From contig NW_002060943.1 of NCBI RefSeq assembly GCF_000150275.1, positions 10,200,209-10,264,208 of the forward strand: a stretch of DNA of 64,000 bases, given 5' to 3'. Below the pieces are notes generated by a model. The model was not told the DNA's origin. It did no database searches and saw nothing but the letters and a program-made list of their open reading frames with translations. Each line of letters opens with the position of its first letter. Within the stretch, counting starts at the first letter, position 1. This DNA is from Trichoplax adhaerens (lineage: Eukaryota; Animalia; Placozoa). This document shows positions 56,701-64,000 of the stretch, in pieces. A program made the translations under genes and the position numbers.

Positions 56701-59700
56701 ATGGCTGCAAATACAGAAACTTCACCTCTGAACGATTGTGCAAGTGATGAGGAACAGGCATTGAGGGACGTTGAATGGCAACCGATCGCAGATCGACTAG
56801 TGAATGCTAATTTATGGCTTACTGCACTAGAATTACACACGGAACTGATAGAAAATGGTATCGAGCTACCACGCCTAAGAGATTTCTTTTCTAATCCTGG
56901 AAACTTTGAAAGACAGAGTTTCCCGAAAGAGCCTGCCAATATTTGTAAGAATATGGAATTATCTATCTTGATTTTAGGAATAACTCTATTATTGGTGCAG
57001 TAATGGCAGATAGATAGTGATATTTTTAGTGTAGTGGCTTTTATGCTTTGCTACTTTCGTAAATTTACATCTGATACAGTAGTAGTAAAATTTAGTGCAA
57101 AGAGGACTTGCGTATGCACTCTACTAGTACTGACTAAAGTACACTACAGTAGATTTTATACTACTTAACAATAATTATAACTATATACTGTATATATATA
57201 TGTATATAATACATTGATAACGTGGTGTAACAGTGATAGACTTTCATATGTGAAGATTCAAAGGAAAAAAGATATTGCAATTACCATGCAGCATTGTTAA
57301 TTATGACAATTACACCATAATAATAACAGATGAATGCTTATGTATAGTAATAGTATCTACTATTCAACTATGGCGGAATTTATTGCCTATTTATAAAATA
57401 GTTATTTGATATATGCTGTACAAGCATCCACATCAAGATAAAACGTAAACTAGTAATTGATAACAGTGCTGACTAGAAAGCCTTGCCCAGTAACTGTTGA
57501 AATTTCGTAATCCGAACGGTTCTGCACATAGCTATGGTAGATCAAGAGTAATTTAAATTAAAATCATGCAAGCTATATTTGACGCGTCAGTCATTCAATC
57601 AATGATGTAGTATTATCATATCACATCCCGTACGAATGCATAGCATACAGCACTATCCATAATTTTATGTACATGTACATTATGATGACATAGGTAGTTC
57701 TTATCTAATATACTCGTACACTGTGGAAGTTATGATAGTTGTAGCTTACGAACTATCGACTATGCCACATGTTGATTTAGGAATTGAATATTTATAACTT
57801 AGTAATCAAGAAATAACAATACTCTTACAATTCTGTCTATGACTCAAGTGCTTAACTCGCTACTATGTTGGCCTCGTCATGCGGATATGCGATTCCGATT
57901 ACGAGAAATTATCGGCGTAGTTAGCCCTGAGTTTATTTGAACTATGTGTACTGTACGTAGTTAGTCTTGTAGAACACATAGTTCATGAGAATTGTTATCT
58001 TCACAAAAGTAGTAAGTTGTACATTAACCTATCCTATCTACGAGTTTCATTAATGTAATCAGAATTATTTAAGGATGAAAGCCCTTAGCATTAATACTAA
58101 TATTTACTTACTTCGGTGATGCCATTTTTAGCACCCAGTCAAAGTATAACGACGCTAGATTCTGTGGAACTAACTAGATATTCTGATGATGGTGGAAAGT
58201 ATCCGGAGGACCAAGTAGCAGGTATTCTAGCGTAATGACTATTTCCTCATTGATTTATAAGATATTCTGAATTAGGTAACCCATTATTCAGTGATCGTTA
58301 TGTTTGTTCTATTCTATGATTCGATAACGTGTATTCATCTAGTACTTGAATTTGAGCTTCGTAAAGCCCAAGATACTATAAAAGCTTTACGGGGAAGTCT
58401 AACCATGGCAACCGGTAAATTACATTATGTGTATTTTGTCGTAGCTTAATCCCTATAAATTAATGATTTATTATAAATTTCGGTATATTTGGCAAGGTTT
58501 TACACTTTTACAGTTTTTATCAATGTACGAATAAAAAGGTCATTTTAAGTGCGGGCAATACTTCTTAAATTTTCGTAGATATCGATGTATCGTAGTGAAC
58601 TTTTAAAAAATTTAATACATCTTGGTATCCTATAACTACATCCTTCATGATTGATTTTATGTGCTGTGTGAGTTAATGAGTATCTCTAACTTGTATGTTT
58701 ATATTTGTAGAGGGACAAACTGAAGGTAACATGAAAGAAAAGAAGCAGGTCATCACTAAAGATGATATTCCAAGTGTAGATGTAAGTATTTTTCTGTGGG
58801 TCTTTAAATATCACCCATTAGTAAAGAGAAAATAATATTTCATATTTTTCTATCAACTAACAAAATATCATATTTAAATGAATATATTTATTTAGCTTGA
58901 AAGTAAAACTATGATATGTATGGCTCCTCCATTTTGTATCTATTCTAACTAGCAAAAGCTTTTCATTTTAAATAACGTTAGGAACCTATTCTACCGCACG
59001 AAAAACGCGCCTTAAATTATTTAGTTAATGAATATCTATTAAAGCAGAATTATCGTTTAACTTCAATTACTTTTACGGACGAAAATGATGATCAGGTATT
59101 TGTAAAATAATCTCACTATGATTTTATAGGTGTTATATTAGATTTATTTTAAGACATTTTAGATGATTTAGTTGGATTTATTTTTTGCTAATTGCTCCAT
59201 AGGATTTTGAAGATTGGGATGACGTAGGATTGAATGTTCCCAAGCCACCTGGTCTACTAGCTATGTTTCGTGGAAGTGCTATGCCAGTAATGCCAAACGA
59301 AGAATTTGAAAGAGAAAAACAAATGTTAAGAGATGAGATAAATGCGCTGGTATGTTAATAATAATGTACTATTGGATTTCTGTAAGACTTACGTTTGCAC
59401 CTCAATGAAAGATACTGATATCTTTACAAGGAAGTTAGCTTTATCATGTTTCTATCCGAATAACTTGATAGGACACGACACGGACATCTCTAAATGAACA
59501 GTTGCAGTCCATTAACAATGTGAATGAAAATCTACAAATTAAAAATGAAGAAATGGAACAGTATGTCAGATTACACTTATTATACTGTATAAGAATAGTG
59601 GAAATCTTATCTTTAATTAGTACGAAATCATGTTAAACATATTTTAGAATCGCAAGATTTAATTAAAAATACTGCATAATTGTAGGGTAATAGTTCAGTT

Positions 59701-62700
59701 AAAGAATGAGCTGGATGAAGCTAGGAGGCAACCTTCTCCACCTATTCAAGAGATTCAAGAAGAACACATCTTAAATAATAATATTACAGAATCACAGGAG
59801 GAAGAGTTTACGTCTAGAAATGAGCCGGAAGAAAACGAGAGCGAAAAAACCACTCATAATGATATAGAGTTCGATCAGCCCGAGGTCGTTACAGATGATC
59901 GTTCAATTGCTGTAGAGCAATTAAATGCAGAAATTGAGCATACAGAAAACCAAGATGCAACGACTGAAAAAGTGGAGCTATCTACTGACCAAGTATGGAG
60001 CTACAGTAATATAAATTGTTTTGGTATTTAGAAGAATCTTACTAAAGATTATAAATTTGATCTTTCACGCTAAGGAGGAAGTCTCACAGTTGGGAGAAGA
60101 TAATAGTAGAATATTTGATCCCAAAAATGTCATATCGAAACTACTAGATAGGTAACTATTATAATATCGAATTTATTAAATATTTCATGCAATTTTATTA
60201 CGCTTGATAACTAACCGGAGTTATTGTCCCCTAGTAATCCAGAAAAGATGTCTACTGCCTTTTTGATACTCTTACGGTCTATGGTATTAAATATTAAGGA
60301 AGAAGAGGATAGGCTTACTTCAGAAGTGAGTACTTCATTATGACATTGAACCTTGCTTAATATTAATAGCTATATTCGTTTATGTCATAGATTTGTAATA
60401 TCGAAGATACCGTTGAAAGTGCAGTCGGATTATTAACAAGGTGTTTACCCTTCATTGTTCCTAATGTCTTATTAAATAAGAGAGACGTAAGTTACTATCC
60501 ACGCCTTTTTAACTATCATTTGTCTATATTACTCTGATACAGTACTGTATAGTTTGATAATTTCTTCATACATTCACTATTTAGGAATTACTCCCAATGA
60601 TATTGTTTGCTACTATTCAGCAAACCGATAAGAATGAGCGCGATAAGTTATTACACATGCTTTTTAATTTAATAAAGAGACCTGAACAGCTTCAAAGGTA
60701 TTTGTTACATTTACAGCGCTTTCGACCCTTACTTAATGTTAGCGTCTACTTTAATTGATTTGAGTACTAAAATTACGTCACAACTAGAAAAGTAATAATT
60801 GAGGGTTGTGTGGCATACGCAAAGCATGCGGGACCGGGTCGAACTGAAGAAGAGTTACTTCCACAGTGTTGGTTACAAGTATGGTGTTCACTCATGTCTA
60901 CTTGAAAAGTGTAAAAAATTTAATATTTGATTGTAATAATGTATATCCATTACAAACAACTAGATTGATCATAAATTCCATGAGCGTAGATTGTTGGTGA
61001 TTGAGGCCTGTGGTGCTCTTGCTTCTCATTTATCGGTAAAAACTTATTTGTTAAAATTTTAGAAGCGATATGAAATGTACGTTATTTCTGCATTTAAGAA
61101 ACTTATAGTCTAATCGCCTTGCACATAATTATTAGGAGGAAATTACAAGCTCACTTATTTTGTCAATGCTTAAACAAATGTACTTCGAAAACAAATCTCC
61201 AGAAATTAAGGAAGCTATTGTTAAGACATATGGACTACTAATGGCTTACGTAGTGAACGAAGATAAATACGAGCAGGTAAATTCTGAAAATCTGAAAATT
61301 TGTATTTAATGAGAAATTTCTTATATTGATAATATACTTAATGTAATCATTTTAGAGTTTTGACGTACTCATGGCCGCAATCCAAGATACATCGGAAAGT
61401 GTTATTAATGCAGCTTTAGAGATATTTCTTCCTTCGCTAGCTATGTGGGCCTATCAGTTAAATCTCTTAGAAGTTCACATGATTGGTACTCTAATTAAGA
61501 CAGTAGAAAACATGATCCTAGTAAGTTACCTTTTTGCCTAAAGTTTTGTATCATCACAGAGATTTTTACGAAAGAATTTTGTTTTATAGACTGCTCCATT
61601 ACCAGATCAATTGGATGAGCAAAATTCAGCTACAAGTAGATTTGAAAATCGCTTAGATCATGTCATTAAGGCTCTCATTAATCTAACTCCAGCAATGTAT
61701 GCTATGGTTTTAAAATCAGGTATTTTGAATGTTAGTAACGAACATATGTATGAAATTGTCTACATTCCTTTCTGAATCATCAAATGTCAACGTGTTACTT
61801 TGTTAGCTTCGTTTGCAAGTGAAGTGGACCTCGACGACCGCGATAGTTACGGTAATATCTATATTAGTTCCAGTAAGCGTAAATTTATTTTACATCGATT
61901 ACGATTTTTCATTATAGAAATTGATCAAAGTATTAGCGCCAGGCTAACCGACCTCGATGTTATTATTGGTAGTAAAAAGCTAACAAAGTCACTCCATGAT
62001 AAATTTAACGAATTAATGCAAAAAAATGACGACGAAGAAGTAGAGATTTGGAATGCTTTGAAGTGGGTTATGGATGACTAGTAAGTTCGTGAGCGCCGTT
62101 ACAGTACATTCATTTACTTATGGATAGTACTCTTCTAAAACAAGTGAAATTTTTACTTTGACAATTATTTTTTGCGTTACTACATTTACAGCTTACCAAG
62201 ACTTATGGCAACGTTAGGTATTCATTAGTAATCTTTGAAGATTAAAGATAATGAGATAGATATATTTATAACATTTAATTCTTATATACTGTCCTTTCCA
62301 AGGATCGCTTGATGTGTCCCTTTGGAAGGCTGTAAATTCCCTTTCGAAGTTACTGAATGTCTTTTGCAGAACCTTTGGCCGCGGCTTCACCGAAACAAGA
62401 GTTAAAGCTAATTTTAAAGTTATGCTATCTCCCGGTATGATGATGACCAGTTTAGATATTCTTATGACAATTTTTGTTTAAAAATTTGTTATTGAGCAAA
62501 AATCTTAAATTCCAGGTGCTGTCGTTTCTGATGGTAGATGTTCCTTGGCGACAAGCGTTATGGCTGCATACGCTATTGGTATACTAACTGCCTTTACAGA
62601 AGTAGGTGACAACATGATATAGATTATTGCTTTTCTAGTAATCAACTATGATAGGAAAAAGTTTATTATATTAGATGTTATCAACAGTTAAAGCCATCTT

Positions 62701-63933
62701 ATTTTACATCTGTGTGATTGTATTAACGCGTTTATGTACTTTGTAGATATCTGATCGAGAGGAGCTCGCCGCATTTTTAAAAGAAACCATATTTTACTTA
62801 GGAGAAAATAATATCTCCTTGGAGAGTGTCAAAACTACATTTATTAACTTGGGGTAATTTTTGTTAAAGTAATATCAATTGCGTCATAGTATCCCCTTTC
62901 ATGCGTTTGTTGAAATCCTAACTTCACTTTAGCAAAGATCATGATTTACATGAATTTCTAATCAACATCTTATGGGATGCTGTCGTACATACGTCTCCGG
63001 TCGTGCGAAGCTATTCTGCTATACTCTTGAAGGTTTGTTTAACAATTTTTATTGAATTTTAGAAATGTTGCATTCATTAATGCCGTCTGCAAATCTTTAG
63101 ATTATCGCCGGATATTCAACGGAAGAAATCCTATCAAAACAAATTGTTCCTGCTTTGATAACATTAGGGACAGACCAACACTCGTAAGGCCTCTAACAAA
63201 CGAATCGTTATTACGTAGAAATTACAAATGAAATTTCCTTACCGCAATAACCAGTTAAACAAATCTGTATACTTTCGCAGACAAGTAAGACTTGCAACCG
63301 TTTCAGCGTTTGGCAGCATTGCTGAACGAGTATCAAAGAACGAAGTACGTATAGTAACATTGGTGCTAGATACATTATGTACATTAATTGAGTTTAATAC
63401 ATACGGCTTTGGATCTATACAGATTTTAGAGAGAATTGGCGCTCAGTTTCAGTCATTTTTGGAAGATAACTCCGTGAATTTTTATTATGACATCGTCAGG
63501 GAGATTGTTCAATGTTTCTCTCGTATTGGACCTAATGCAGATCCTAGTTTTCGCGACGAATGTATATTATACATTATGATATTGTGCATTACATGTTCCA
63601 AATCTTTACTCATATGTTCTAATTAGGAAATCTATTTTTATCAGTCATTTTAGTTAAATTAGTGAAAATAGCAAGCAATAATAATCAAAACGAAAATAGT
63701 GCTAAAAGAAAGCAACTGGCCTTGGATTTATTGGATGCTTATAGTGCTTTAACATGTTGCTGTATCCGATTTGATGTTTAATGCATATGATTTTACTTAA
63801 TATAACATGAACGACTGTTTTAAGATTTTACCTTAACATAGCAGTTTACTCTGATAATGTTTTGGAATCATATGTTTTACCTGGTCTTAGATGTCTTCTC
63901 GTGGATATCCAAGCTGTATATCCAGAAAATCAG
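56701..63933 (+). CDS. RELCH: RAB11-binding LisH/coiled-coil/HEAT protein RELCH (KIAA1468), 3' end beyond the window
   Basis: LWLTALELHTELIENGIELPRLRDFFSNPGNFERQ, VAVLEFELRKAQDTIKALR, LisH HEKRALNYLVNEYLLKQNYRLTSITFTDENDDQDFEDWDDVGLN, RDKLLHMLFNLIKRP, HEAT repeats, AYSALTCCF...LPGLRCL. More than 25 short exons. Confidence 0.95.
63762..63844 (+). other. Putative U12-type (minor spliceosome) GT-AG intron in RELCH
   Basis: The 5' site GTATCCGA resembles the U12 consensus RTATCCTT. The branch-like TTTTACCTTAAC ends 7 nt before the intron end. There is no polypyrimidine tract. Splicing restores TCCFYSDNVLESYVLPGLRCL. Confidence 0.65.
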
Positions 63934-64000
63934 GTAGGTTTATTATTTATCATAACCAAAGAAAGATAATTTTTTAGTTTTAGACACAGATATTCATTAA

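Overview
AT-rich, gene-dense eukaryotic (animal) genomic DNA with many short GT-AG introns. The compact architecture and abundant TACAG/CTGTA pentamer arrays suggest a placozoan such as Trichoplax (inference, not proven). Fourteen spliced or single-exon protein genes can be assembled by hand: GOT2(+), TMEM170(-), a Cas-family scaffold BCAR1/NEDD9(+), SMIM13(-), a very short CFDP1/BCNT(+), NUDCD1(+), NOB1(-), OSGIN(+), STX16(-), TMX3(+), a C8orf82/UPF0598 homologue(-), an orphan coiled-coil ORF(+), AKTIP(-) and RELCH/KIAA1468(+, runs off the window). Twelve of them form six head-to-head pairs. Every gene 5' end is marked by a mixed-orientation (TACAG)n/(CTGTA)n array. Highlights: (1) a TMEM170-Cas-SMIM13-CFDP1 cluster that matches, from recalled human gene maps, both the 6p24 SMIM13-NEDD9-TMEM170B block and the 16q23 BCAR1-CFDP1-TMEM170A block; (2) the promoter-marking pentamer arrays, plus a hAT-type MITE with an 8-bp target duplication that carries the same repeat; (3) a ~72-aa minimal CFDP1; (4) a Cas protein with no recognisable C-terminal Src-binding site; (5) a U12-like intron in RELCH. 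There is a 50-N assembly gap at 37217-37266. Most short ORFs in the supplied track are artefacts of the pentamer repeat or of introns. Exon boundaries were read by eye and may be off by a few bases.
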